In this document: positions 37,901-49,805 of the stretch, piece after piece
Position numbering within the stretch: the stretch's first letter is position 1
Layout: each line of letters begins with the position of its first letter
Assembly (NCBI GenBank): GCA_043228905.1
Contig: JBHGNT010000011.1
Coordinates: 17,050,001-17,114,000, forward strand
Reading direction: 5' to 3'
Length of the DNA stretch: 64,000 bases
Source: Azolla caroliniana
Taxonomy: Eukaryota > Plantae > Polypodiophyta
The notes under the pieces: generated by a model
Databases searched by the model: none
What the model saw: only the letters and a program-made list of their open reading frames with translations
Told to the model about the DNA's origin: nothing
Program-made: the position numbers and the translations under genes

Positions 37901-39652
37901 GGTCTGATATATAGGATTAAAAATGACTTAATTGAAGACAATTTTCCATAGTTTTCCTTGACCAAGTACCCACTAGAGTAGATTAATTTATATAAAACAT
38001 CATGTGTACTTCATATAGTAGTTTGAGCCAATATTATGATGGAGAGTGAATGAAATATCCGAAATATCCACTTCATTCAATGTAGGGTATCTTTCATTCA
38101 TTCATGTATATGGTTATCTTTAGCACACATGCATGTCATAAACAATAAGCATTCACACTGACGGACCAAGTGCGTTGTTAAGTGATATCTAAACTAATGT
38201 TACAAACTTACAACAAAACTGGAGTACGCGGATGTGAATTTACGAAGGCAAGAGCTTCACCATGTATTGTATTAGCTAGAACTTGAAGAAACATATACAT
38301 GACTAAGAAAGAAAATCCGTAGGTCCATAACTTCGAAGTTGAAGAGAAAACATTGTACTCTTGCTGCTTCTTTAAACATTCAAATTATGGATTTTTTTGA
38401 ACATTTCAGCTTTGAAATTGCAGCACAATCTTGCATATGCAAAAGGTTGGTTATCCGTTATTATTCCAAATTCGATCGTTTACCAAAATATTGAAGCCTT
38501 AACTTTTAGCTTTCAAAAATTTAAGAAGATGTTGCCAACATGCTTAGTTATAGCACTAATACTTGCAATTTAGTTTGGATTTAGCTAAAATTCTTATATT
38601 TCTAGTTCCTTGCTACCTTTGTTTTTTTTTTGTTTGAATTTCTTTTAAAATTAACTACAGATCTACTCACACTCATCTAGTTGGAATTTTTTCAAATTAA
38701 TGTCAATGGGGTGGGATTCCACATTGGTGGAGACAATGGAATTGGAATTTATGTTCCAATGATAACATTAAACAAAGTTGTATTTATGTGTTGGTTAGCT
38801 CTAGGATGTATCTGTCAAATCGCTAGTGTCAATACTTTCAATGATTTCCCCAAAGCTTTATAATTCTTTTAAGGATTTATTAGGGTATTTGCCAAGAATA
38901 AGTAAACAGTCTTTACATATTTGAGAAACTATCCTAGCATTTGCATACATTTCGTGATTCATAGCATAATTTCTCCAAATAACTTGAACTTTGAACGTTG
39001 CAAGTTCTCCTTAGATCTAGATTGACTACATAAGTTCTTCGTTGAGTTTTGACGGAAATGCTACCTTTAGTTTGATTCTTCGCCCATATTGATCGTGCAA
39101 TCTCTTTGGACGCGAAACCCTCAAGATAAAAAAAATCCCATGCATTATGAGTCATATGAATTTGGAAGACAAACAAAAAAAAATCCCTAGATCCTAATCT
39201 TTATAGAAGTGTTGAGGTAGTATTATTTATGAAATTGATAGAACATACTCACTAGTATGCATTGAGTGTGGCTTCATTGCTTGAAGGTGCGACTCTACAA
39301 AAAGGAAAGGGGAAGATTTTAGTTAGAAAAGCAACTAAAGAAATGATGAGGGGGTATGACATGGAGTTTTCCAAGATTGGGAGACCAAAGTTGGCCGAAT
39401 GTGACATTCATCGTTAATGTTGGTACGATAACCAACACCCAATTAAGACAATAATATTTAACATCATGGCACATGGCAAAGCCCAATGGTCCATGGATGG
39501 TTGTACAAGGAGTGCAGAAGAACTTGGTTTCACATAAGGTCTCTTCCGGCCACAAGTCAAGAAGGACGAAGGGTTGTGGGTGTCCCATGAGCATGGGGGC
39601 ATGAGAGAGAGAGAGAGAGTGAGAGAAGAGTGTGTGAGTGAGTGAGTGAAAG

Positions 39653-39870
39653 AGAGATTAACTACTTCTAAGACCAACATTGGGCCATGAGGCAAATGAT
39701 TACAAACCCCGTCTTCTAGGACCAACATTGGGCCATGCGGGCAAAATGATTACAAGCAAAACACTGTCTACTAAGACCGAAATTGGGCCATGAGACAAAG
39801 ACAAAAAAAAGGATTGCAATACGTGTCTCGAAGTCGAAGATCAAAATCGGGCCATGAGGCAAAGACAAGA
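39653..39870 (+). repeat. Short tandem repeat (~4 copies) with a TGGGCC core; a single related copy at ~15141-15196
   Basis: tctaagaccaa.attgggccatgag.caaa..gattacaa is repeated. Both loci start right after a (GA)n tract with gagagattaac. Confidence 0.75.
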
Positions 39871-39928
39871 ATGATTCGGATAATAATAACGTGGAGAAGT
39901 GTAGCCAATGTATGGAAAATAATACATA

Positions 39929-40426
39929 TTATGAGAGAGAGGGAGGGGTGACCTTGATGTAGGTGGCGACGGCGGCGGAGTTGTGATGGGTGTAGAGTGC
40001 GGACTGCGTGGCGCGGAGGGCGACGTGGGGGTCGGCCGACGGCCGGGGCTTGCGGCGCACGTAGTCCTCCGAGGCCGCGGCCGCGGAGCGCGCCACGGTG
40101 TCCGTCATGGCGCGCGCCGACCGCGATATGTTGACAAGCTTCTGGAACTCCGTCTCCCCAACGCGGGCCGACGCCGCGCAGTACGCCTCCACAGCCCTCT
40201 GCGCCGCCCTCGCCGCCGCCATCTCCGCCGCCTCCGCCGCCTCCGCCGCCGCGAACGAACGCTCCGCCGCCAACGCCAGGCCGTCCACGGAAGCCGTCAA
40301 GCTCTGCGACGCGAACCGATCGTCGCCTTCCTCCACCTCCGCCAGCAGGCGCCTGGACAGGGTCGACGACATCGCCGGCCCGCCTCCAACCCTAACCTTC
40401 TTCCTGTTCCTGTTCCTGTTCTCCAT
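39929..40426 (-). CDS. GC-rich, Ala-rich ORF of unknown function, possibly the first exon of a longer gene
   Basis: 165-aa ORF with strong GC3 bias, a basic N-terminal NLS-like stretch (RNRNRKKVR) and a helical Ala-rich core. Candidate donor ATCAAG|GTCACC near 39952. No family recognised. Confidence 0.5.
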   Translation of the reverse strand: MENRNRNRKKVRVGGGPAMSSTLSRRLLAEVEEGDDRFASQSLTASVDGLALAAERSFAAAEAAEAAEMAAARAAQRAVEAYCAASARVGETEFQKLVNISRSARAMTDTVARSAAAASEDYVRRKPRPSADPHVALRATQSALYTHHNSAAVATYIKVTPPSLS

Positions 40427-40715
40427 CGCCGCCTTCCTCTTCTCTGTTTCAGCGCGCGCACACGCAGGCGTCTGATCTGTGTGTGCCTTGCTTTTCTGTT
40501 TTCTCTGTGTGTGTATGGGGGGGGGGGTGGCTACAGACTATCTGAGTTGGGGCTGGCTGGATCGACGCGCTCCTTCCTTTTAGTCTCTCAGTAACTCATA
40601 TTCCATTAACACACATTGTTTGTTTGTTTGTTTGTTTGTTAATTGCCTATATAACTCTAAAGTATGTGTGTATGTATGTTCATGGTGTACCACAATGTGT
40701 ATGTGGATAGATACA

Positions 40716-40807
40716 TAGTACGTAAGAAATCCGTGTTTGTCTAGCATAACATTCGTTTTCCTACGTTAGAAAACCGAATGCGAATGTTATTCAAACATTC
40801 TTGTGTG
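40716..40807 (+). repeat. ~90-bp hairpin-containing repeat, copy 1 (copy 2 at 49329-49416)
   Basis: atagtacgtaa..at.cgtgtt.gtctagcataacattcg.tttcctacgtt.gaaaac.gaatg.gaatgttattcaaacattcttgtgt occurs at both sites. Confidence 0.9.
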
Positions 40808-43800
40808 TAGTCTCTCCAAATGATCCCCGACACGAGGATTGGTATGTAGCTCCGGGGTGTCGATCACCGACCAACGAGGATGAGAACCGGTATAAGCGTA
40901 GAATGGGGAGACTCGAGTCGAGGAGTGAACAACATTATTATACGCAAACTCCGCAAAGTGGAGAATCTCGGCCCAATCATCCTGTTGATAACTGAGGAAA
41001 CACCGGAGATATTGCTCCAACGTTTGGTTTGTTCGTTCCGCCTGCCCATCGGTCTGAGGATGGTAGCCGAAGGAGAAGTTGCAAGAGACCTTGAGCATCT
41101 TGAAGAGATGCTGCCAAAATTTGGAGACAAATTGTGGTCCTCGGTCACTGATGATACTATCTAGGGGGCCATGATGCCGAAATACCTCACGCATGACAAG
41201 GGCGGCGGTTTCCTCGCTAGTGATGGCCTTAGTACACGGCACAAAATGTGCCATCTTCGTATATCGATCGACGAAGGTTAAGATAACATCGAACCCCTTC
41301 GAGACCGACAGATCTGTGATAAAATCAAGACAAATAGACTGTCATGGCTTACTTGGAATCGGTAAGGGTTCCAACAAGCCATATGGATGGTGTTGTGGCA
41401 TCTTTGCTCGGCAGCAAGCATCACAAGTCCGAACGTAGTTGTCGACAAAACGACGCATGCGGGGCCACCAAAAAGATCGTTGCACTAGCTCCAACGTCTT
41501 AGTACTACCGAAATGTCCCGCCGTATGGGTGTTGTGACAATGCTAGACGATTTGAAGGCGACAGGAGCAATCGGGGACATATACGCACTTTTTAAAGAAT
41601 AACAAACCATCATGATATTCGAATTGTCGGTAGTCAATACCTGGTTATTGAGACTGAGAATAGGATGCCCGAGAAGTATCAATGTGTGCTAGGATGTCTT
41701 GAGCAAAACTATCCGTCTTCAAGTCAACACGTATGTCATCGGTAATCCGTGAATCCATCGGGGTGTGAAAAATCCGCGTCGTGTGCAATCGTGTTGGTCC
41801 CAAGATTACTTGCTTTTGATTATCAAATGTTGGATCACCAGGACGAGGTGCAAGATATGAACGCTGTGATAGTGCATATGCTTTTCCTTGCTGCTTCCCC
41901 GGTCGATATGTGATTTTGAAGTCGAAACACGTGAGGAATTGCGCCCACCGAGCTTGCCGTCGATTTAGTATGCGAGCGTTCTGGAAATAAGCAAGATTTT
42001 ATGATCACTAAAGACAATGACCTGATGTGGAGAGCCCTCTAAGAATTGCCACCATTGCACAAATGAATCCACGATGGCTAATAACTCCTTGTCATGTATT
42101 TCGGAGTTGATTTCCGCGACATCGAATTTACGCGAATGGAAAGCCACAGGATGCAACTCTTCTTTATCTCCTTGTTGAGAAAGGATGCTACCGAGGGCGA
42201 AATCTGATGCGTCGGCCTCCATGATGAATGGTTTTCTTGTATCCGCATGAGCTAGAATCAATGTTGATGTAAAGGCTTTCTTAAGATGCCGAAAAGCCAT
42301 ATCTGCTTCAATGGACCAAAGAAATGCTTGGCCCTTCTTCGTAAGTTGTGTGAGAGGTAAAATAATCTTTGAGTAATCCTGTATAAACTTACGGTAGAAG
42401 TTAGCAAAACCTAGAAAACATTGTACATCTCGTACCAACCATGGAATTTGCCACTCTAGTACAGTTTGGACTTTAGCTGGATCCATGGTGATGCCCTTTG
42501 AGGAGATGACGTTGCCTAGAAATTCCACTTGCTTGCAGTCAAAGCTACATTTTTTTTAGCTTGGCATAAAGACCATTCTCGCGGAGTCGCTTTAGTACTA
42601 ATAGTACATGAGAATCATGCTCTTCCTGGGTCTTCGAATAAATCAATAGATCATCCAGATAGATGATCAAACAGATATCCAAGAGGTCTCTGAATATATC
42701 ATTTGCCATGTGTTGGAAGACTGCGGGTGCATTGGTTAGGCCGAACTGCATAACTGTATACTCGAAATGCCCATACCGCGTGTGAAAGGCGGTCTTCCAT
42801 TCATCTCCTGGTCGGATCCGCACGAGGTTATATGCTCCTTGTAGATCGATTTTGGTAAAAAACTTAGCACCATTAACTCACTCTAAAAGACTTGATATAA
42901 GAGGAAGTGCATACCTATTCCGGATGGTGACCTTATTCAATCCGTGGTAATCAACGACGGGACGAAGTGAGCCATCTTTCTTCTTGACAAAGAAGATGGG
43001 TGCACCGGCCGGAGATTTCGAATGACGGATGAACCCGCTTGCCAAGTTCTCCTCTATGTAGGCTCGAAGGACTTCTAACTCGGTGGGTGACAAGTTGTAA
43101 ATTGGTCCCCATGGTGGCTCGGTTCTTGGTTGTAAATCGATGGGACAATCATAGGGACGGTGATGAGGAAGGGTACCAGCTTTTACCTTGTCAAATACAT
43201 CAGCATAAGGATGATATTTTGTCGGAAGTTGTATTGAGGAGTCCTTCTTAGTAGTGCTGGAAGGATGTACTGATATTGCAAATAGGAACATTGCCTCCTT
43301 GTGTCCTTCTTCGCGTAATTGATGGAGTGAAATGGTCGAAACTCGGTGCGTAGATTCTCGGGGTGGTCGATATCGGACTTCTCTTGTTCTCCAATCTGTG
43401 GCTGGATTATGTAATTCAAACCAAGGTAATCCTAGGACAATGGGATGCTCTGGACTACTAATTATATTAAATGATACTACACACACAAAACTACCTAGGA
43501 CAACTTGAATGGGTTCTGATTCTTCTACAATATTCCTGGAAGCAATGGGACGACCATCAATGACTATTACAGATGCGGGACAAGGAAGTTTTCTTAAGGA
43601 TATCTCCGAAGCTTGGGCAAAATTTCGATCCATGAAACAGGAATTAGCTCCGGAATCTAAAAGTGCTAGGACGGGTACTAGGGGAGTACTTTTAGTACTA
43701 ACAATGACTTAGGCTAGGAACACATTGCTAACTTGCTTGGAAGGAATGGAACCACTAATGGGCTGTACAGATCTAGGGTTGTTGTCCAACCGAACGGCTC

Positions 43801-45863
43801 CTATTTTGGCTGGACTCAATCGTTTAACTCTTCATCTAATTGACGAAGTATTTCAAATTTGTTTGAGATACTTGGGCTATTAGTATTATGAATACTATCT
43901 GACACTCTATTAGTACTATTAATACTATCAGACAGTCCGAAGGGAAGAATTGACTCAGGTTTAGTACAAGCGACGATTTTCTTGGCCTATGGGGACAATT
44001 GATGGCGATATGCCCTGGTCCACCACAATAAAGACATAATCGATTGGCACGTCGTCGTTGCTTTTCTTCTTCCGATAACGGGCCGTGTCGACGCATGGTG
44101 TCGATCTCCATCAGTGTCGGAATATTGGCTTGAGGTACATCGCGTGCAAACGGTTTAGCCGTGACTGAGGTGTATGTGGGTTTCAGCCGAGAGCGTGGTA
44201 TTTGTAACTGACGTTCCGAACGTCGTTCGAAAAGGCGGTTGTCGCATCAGACCGCTCGGCTGATTGCCTCCGTAAGAGACTTTGGTTCTTCGGGGAAGGT
44301 TAAAAGAAAGTCTTTGACATCGTTGTGCAAGCCATAGCGAAACTGCTCCATGAGGGCCTGATCATCCCAGGGGATATCTAAGGCGAGTAGACGGAAATCC
44401 GCCGTGTAGGCAGAGGCTGGACGATCCCCTTGACGCAATCTTCGGATCTTGTTGATCGCCGTCCTGATGCTGTCGGTATCTCCAAAGCAGGCTTTAAACT
44501 CACCAATAAAATCTTCAAAGTTATTAAGCAAGGGCGATTGTTTTTCTAGAAGCAGAGCGAACCATGCAAAGGCTGAGCCGCTAAGTAACGTGCGTATTAG
44601 GCCAACTCGAGATGCATCAATGGGATATCGGGAAGGATGCATCTGGATGACTAAGCGTACCTGATTAAGGAATCTCCGGAATTGCGATCGCGTTCCATCA
44701 AATTTCATAGGAAGTCCAATCTTGGGCTCTTTATGAAATCCTTGGGGACTTGATCCTTGTTGTTGCAACGCTGCTTCGAGTTGTTGTACTCGTAACGCTA
44801 ACTCCCCATGTTGTTGTTGCGTTTGTTGTTTTTCTAAAGCGATTTGTTGCAGATCCCCTATCAACCGTTGGTTTTCTTGTTCCAGGGCAACAAACTTTTC
44901 TTTTAGGCACTGTAGCTCGGAGAAAACAGATTGATATTCTTGGGCGCTAACAGTAGCCATAATATAGGGAAAAGGTTAGGAGGATGAGGGAGAACGACAA
45001 GTAGGTTGGAGGAACAAATTGGTTCAAACAGTCAGGAATAGTACTAAAGCAGAGATGGAATTAGTACTAAAGGAGAGCAGTACTATTAGTACTAAGAGGA
45101 CGGGACTGCGTAAGATTCCCGAAAGAGGAAGTGAGAAGAGGAGAGAGAGAGAGAGAGATAGCGAGTGTTAGAACCAAGGATAAAAGATAGAGTGATGGAA
45201 GAAGGATATTACTGAGCACAAGAAGAAAGGAACGAAATACTAGGAGAAGAATGGATGTATAAGATAGAGAAAGAAAGAGAATGGATACAAGATATGTAAT
45301 GAGAGCTAAAGATTGGTGTTGATTCGAATTGATTTGAGAATACATGTATGCCCTTATTTATAGGTTCCTATAGAATAGCTTAGGACATTCTAGAATAATC
45401 TAGAGGTTTTACAATAATCAATGTAATACAAGAAGTAGCTTTTATTATTTCATATAACAATAAGCTATCTTAATGGTTGAGGTTTTCAAGAATGGATTAC
45501 AAGGTTCGAGGTTCAAGTCCGGGTGACGTCATGTGTTCATGACAGCGAGAATGAGAGAGAGAGAAAGGTGATGACAACAACTAATATATTATATGAAAAG
45601 ATAAGTACAAGTGGCTAAGAGGCTTAAGATTGGCGTTGAACCAATTTGGTTCAACATAATGCCTAGTGCCCTCTTTTATAGTCTTCTCAAGAATAATCCT
45701 GAAGCTTCTAGAATGTTCCAGAGAGATCTGGAATATACATCAATTTTCTATGATAAAGCATAAATGAAAATAATATCCTACGTATTACAATTCATAGTCT
45801 AATGGTAAGAGCTCGACCCATGTAGCATAAGGTCATGGGTTCGAGTCTTGCCATATCCTGACA
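40808..45863 (-). mobile_element. Ty3/gypsy LTR retrotransposon, Tcn1/Tf1-sushi-like chromovirus, 3'-truncated and pseudogenised
   Basis: Sushi/PEG10-like gag from 44960 (EPKIGLPMKFDGTRSQ), CCHC knuckle (CLYCGGPGHIAINC), protease ALLDSG (~43660), RT (YLDDLLIYS), RNase H (ADASDFALG) and integrase (IISDRGPQF, HPQTDGQAER). Multiple stops and frameshifts. The 5' LTR spans ~45030-45863, starts TGTCAGG on the minus strand and has a TATA at 45680. No 3' LTR. Confidence 0.93.
45166..45544 (-). mobile_element. Solo LTR of a related gypsy family inserted into the 5' LTR
   Basis: TG...CA termini (plus strand TGTTA...TGACA) with a 5-bp TSD GCGAG at 45161-45165 and 45545-45549. Aligns to the host LTR around the TATA region (gct.aagattgg.gttga...tgccct..tttatag...ttctagaat). 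Confidence 0.88.
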
Positions 45864-45872
45864 GAGAGAGAG

Positions 45873-48750
45873 CTCATCAGAGAACCTACTCAATGACACA
45901 ACGAGGGATGGAACTCTAATGAACCATCCCCGCTAGCAGATTCCGAGGAGCAGCCTCTGCCAATCGCATTCTCGCCCGAAGAGGAGGCTGAATTTAGGTT
46001 GGGGGTTCATCGTCTAACCCAATTCTCCGAGATCTATAGAGTGGTGGGAGCTCGGCAGAATAGAGGTGAGTGTAGAGATCCTTTACAAGCCTCTATGCAA
46101 GGATTAATTGATACGATAAAGGATGTCCAAATTATTGGAAGATGAATGTGGAATTCGATACCATCGAATCAGTGGGCTCATATGATGTTGGAGCATAGTC
46201 AACTTGATGTAAGAGGTGCTCATGCATTTGTGATGCCTTGGAAACAAGGTTTTAATCATGTGGAGGCAATACGAAAAGGAGATCGGATATTCCCGCTAAC
46301 GATTTGTCTTCTCGGGATTACGTTTAAGGAGTATTTGCCGATGCTTGGAGCGATAGCTTCGAGAATCGGAACAATGGTGAAGGTCCAAGAAAGTATGGCC
46401 ACAAGAATAACTAAAATGTTAGGATTCCTGTCGGCCCAGGATCACTTGAAACCTTACCTACAAAGATAATGCTATCAAATGCAGAAGGAGATCTTATCGA
46501 ACAGAAGGTGGAGTTTGCTGGACCCCCTGAACAATGTTTTTATCGTCAACAAATGGGACACTTAGTTAAGAATTGTCGAAAGAGAAATGATAAATTGGGG
46601 GGGGGGGGGGGGGGGGGGGGGGACGTCGTTGCAAGCATTGTAAACAAGATGCACATTAGGTAGATAATTGCTAGGAGAAATTAGCCTCAGATTGTATGGG
46701 TGTAAGGGCACAAGGGGAAACAAGAGCAGATCAATGGACGACTGTCAAGGCTAATCATGGGCAGATCATGTACAGTGCCTACTCAAGAGACATGCCCCAC
46801 TCCTAATGTGTACAATACATTGGACATAGAAGTTGATATGCAAGAACAAACAACACCCACTAGTGAATGCGGTCACTATAAGAATTTGTGGGATGTTGAA
46901 GGAGGATATACAGATATACTATAAGCTCCATGGAGCCATCCTCTAAGACTCGTAGGATCGGGTCTGGTTCTGCCTCTACTAGTGGTTAATGAGGATCCTC
47001 ACTTGGAATGTTTAGGGCTTGGGAGGCCCCTTGTACCAAAGATATAGAGGCAGGTTAAGACAAGAATTACAAAAGTGTCTTACGAATGGGCCATTGGATA
47101 TTATGATGTTTCAAGAACATCATGTGAATGAGCAACGAATAAGGAACTATGGCACTATACTACCTCGTAGTTGGGAGATGTTTTGGTCCCTAGCTATTGC
47201 CACTCGTGGTACACAAAGAGGGGTGTGTATGGCAATAACACATTACTGGAAATCAAGTATTATATGTAAGAGTCGTTGTTACATATCTTGGAGTGTAGGT
47301 AGGGATTGATTTGGCCCCAGAATTACATGGTGCACCGTTATTGTTAACTTTGAGGAAAAAGTTATTATTGTGGAGCTATGCTAAGTTATCTATGTGCTAC
47401 TATCTATAGTGTGGTATATAGCTTCCTCTTGGATCTTTTCAAAATCACGCATTGGACAAATTCGAAGGTTGGTTCGGAATTTCATATGGGCGAGGGAGGA
47501 TAGAAGTCATGTAAGAGCGAAGGTGGTATGGTGTACGTTGATAAACCCGAAGCAACATGGTGGTCTGGGGATTATTGATCCCCTAGATCAATGCATGGCC
47601 TTGTTAGCAAAGCTAATAGTTCGTGGCCTTTTACTAGGACATGCCCCTTGGAAGCAATTGCTTATGCAAAGATTATATTGTTGTGATCCACCTATGGGTG
47701 GATTATGGACTGATAGTATAAGATGGATCTTTATACCAAACAAGAAATATAGTCTGCAAAGAAAATGGGAGCATGTACATAAAGGGTTGCGACTTTTTCA
47801 ATGCTCAGTTAAGATTGGACGACACATTTTGGCAGCTCAACACTGGACTACACCATTTACTAGTCAATTTTAGACCCATCAAGGGGTCACATCCGAATTT
47901 ATTGGCAAAGTTTTGGAGGACATTATTGGCAAGGAAACAAGGTATGAAAATAAATGTCTTCCAATGGCTAGTAATACATAGAGCATTACCGGTCAGCCAA
48001 TGGTTGCAACAATTAAGTGGACCGACTGCATGCATCTATTGTAGTTGCCAGACGGAGACATTGAAACATTGCTTGTGGGAATGTCAGGCTACACAACAAG
48101 TTTGGAGAAGAGTGTTCCGCATTCTAACCTTTATGTGTAGGGATGGCGGTTTTTCGTGGGGTATAGTAGTCTGGGCTATGATAGCACAAATGATGTGGCC
48201 ATATGAGGCATGTCCAAATGATACGGTTATTAGAATTCAAAGCGGAAGGATAAGCGTGGTGCGACGAAGTCATATGGAAATTCCTTATATGTTAAAGGTA
48301 ATGTAAGAGGTATGGGAGTTGTTATGCACCACCACAATGTGGTTTATTTGATTTGCTGGATGTTCTAAGGTGTTTGATAATACTATTGTTCATCCTGTGG
48401 AAAGTGTATGGAACGTCTGGATGCATATGGTGAATACCTTGAAAGGGCGGTATGATGAAATTAAAGGTGAGACACATGTTGCGGTGTTGCAACGCCTCGA
48501 ATTTATCGCCTATTGGAACAAGGGCCCTTTTCTCACACTACAAAATGCAAGAGCCATCTGGTGCCTAACACCACCAGTATGGTTGTTCCCACCACGAATT
48601 ACATAACTAGGTTAATGAGTGGTGGAGTGTTGATGCTATCTATCCTTTACGGATGGGGACCCATGGAAGGGTGCAACATATCGAGGGAAGCTTGATGGTA
48701 GGTAAACATTCTTGTAACAATTGTTTATATTTTCAGGGAAATAATAATAA
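45873..48750 (+). mobile_element. Degenerate L1-like LINE with an internal deletion
   Basis: ORF1 remnants with a decayed zinc knuckle (CFYRQQMGHLVKNC). The endonuclease start MRILTWNV*GLG...IMMFQEHH at 46989 jumps to the post-RT region (RNFIW...PKQHGGLGI) and the zinc finger (CIYC..ETLKHCLWEC). Many stops; (ATA)n tail near 48740. Confidence 0.85.
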
Positions 48751-49127
48751 TAAGCACACATGCATTCACTCATTCCTCTTTTATCTTTTTGCACAAACAC
48801 ATGACCACACACACACACACACACATTGGCTCTCTAACAATGAATTTTAAATCAAAACATGTACATCTTTCATATACAGAATTTTATTTTCTATTTAGGC
48901 TAACATGTAATTATAAAATAATAAATTGCGCCAATTTTCACCCTACGATAAAAACTATTGCATCAAAGGTTTTGACTTCTATGCCTTCATACACCCTTGG
49001 TTTGACACCCATTGATAGAACTCTAAACCATGATGTTGATCCTTATTATCAAACCAATTACGAAATTACACATACAATGTCACCAAGGATTATTGGATGT
49101 ATCAACTTAGATGCCTATACCTTAGCA

Positions 49128-49805
49128 ATGGTTCGGTTCAGTTTAGTTCACAAGTGGCAAACTCAAACCATTCAAAAAAATTAAAACTTATACCGAATGA
49201 CGAAACCATTAAAACCGAACGGAGACAAAAAATCCAAACAACTGTTTTAGAGATTTTCAAACCATTAAACCGTTACTTGCGGTTTCACAGTTTAGTTTGG
49301 GTTTTCAAGTTAGGCCAAATTTCAAAGCATAGTACGTAAAATTCGTGTTCGTCTAGCATAACATTCGCTTTCCTACGTTGGAAAACGAATGTGAATGTTA
49401 TTCAAACATTCTTGTGTTTTTTTTCCCCCCATTTTTTTAATGTTTTTTTCTATTTTTTATTTACCTAATAATAAATAGTTAATCCAAAAGTATGGTATTT
49501 ATCATTCTTTGAGGGTGTTTTTTCTTGTTTTTCTTACGCGTATGGTACGTATGGTTCATACTATGTTTCAAAGTTTTAAATTTTAAATATTTTTTTCTAA
49601 AATGTCAAAATTAGGTTTAAAAATGAAAAGGTTATTTAAAAAAAAACTTTAGAAAATAATCAAGTGACAACCCTAAACGATCAAACCTTTTAAACTGAAC
49701 CGAAACCAAATTGTTTAAAAAAACTTGAACTTGAACTAAGCCAAACCAAACCTTTAAACGATTAAGCTGTGGTTTCATGGTTCGTTTGTGTTCAAACCGA
49801 ACACA
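49128..49805. mobile_element. AT-rich MITE-like element with AACCG/GGTT motifs, related to 54174-54519 in opposite orientation
   Basis: 49600-49710 aligns to the reverse complement of ~54220-54320. Many aaaccg and ggttc motifs. Ends are poorly defined. Confidence 0.55.

Noticed and set aside
39983-40594. Plus-strand 203-aa and 125-aa ORFs
   Set aside because: Probably antisense shadows of the GC-rich minus-strand ORF, with GTG starts and low complexity.
45788-45860. A functional tRNA gene
   Set aside because: A and B boxes are present, but the acceptor and anticodon stems do not pair convincingly and it lies within an LTR. Reported as a tRNA-like module instead.
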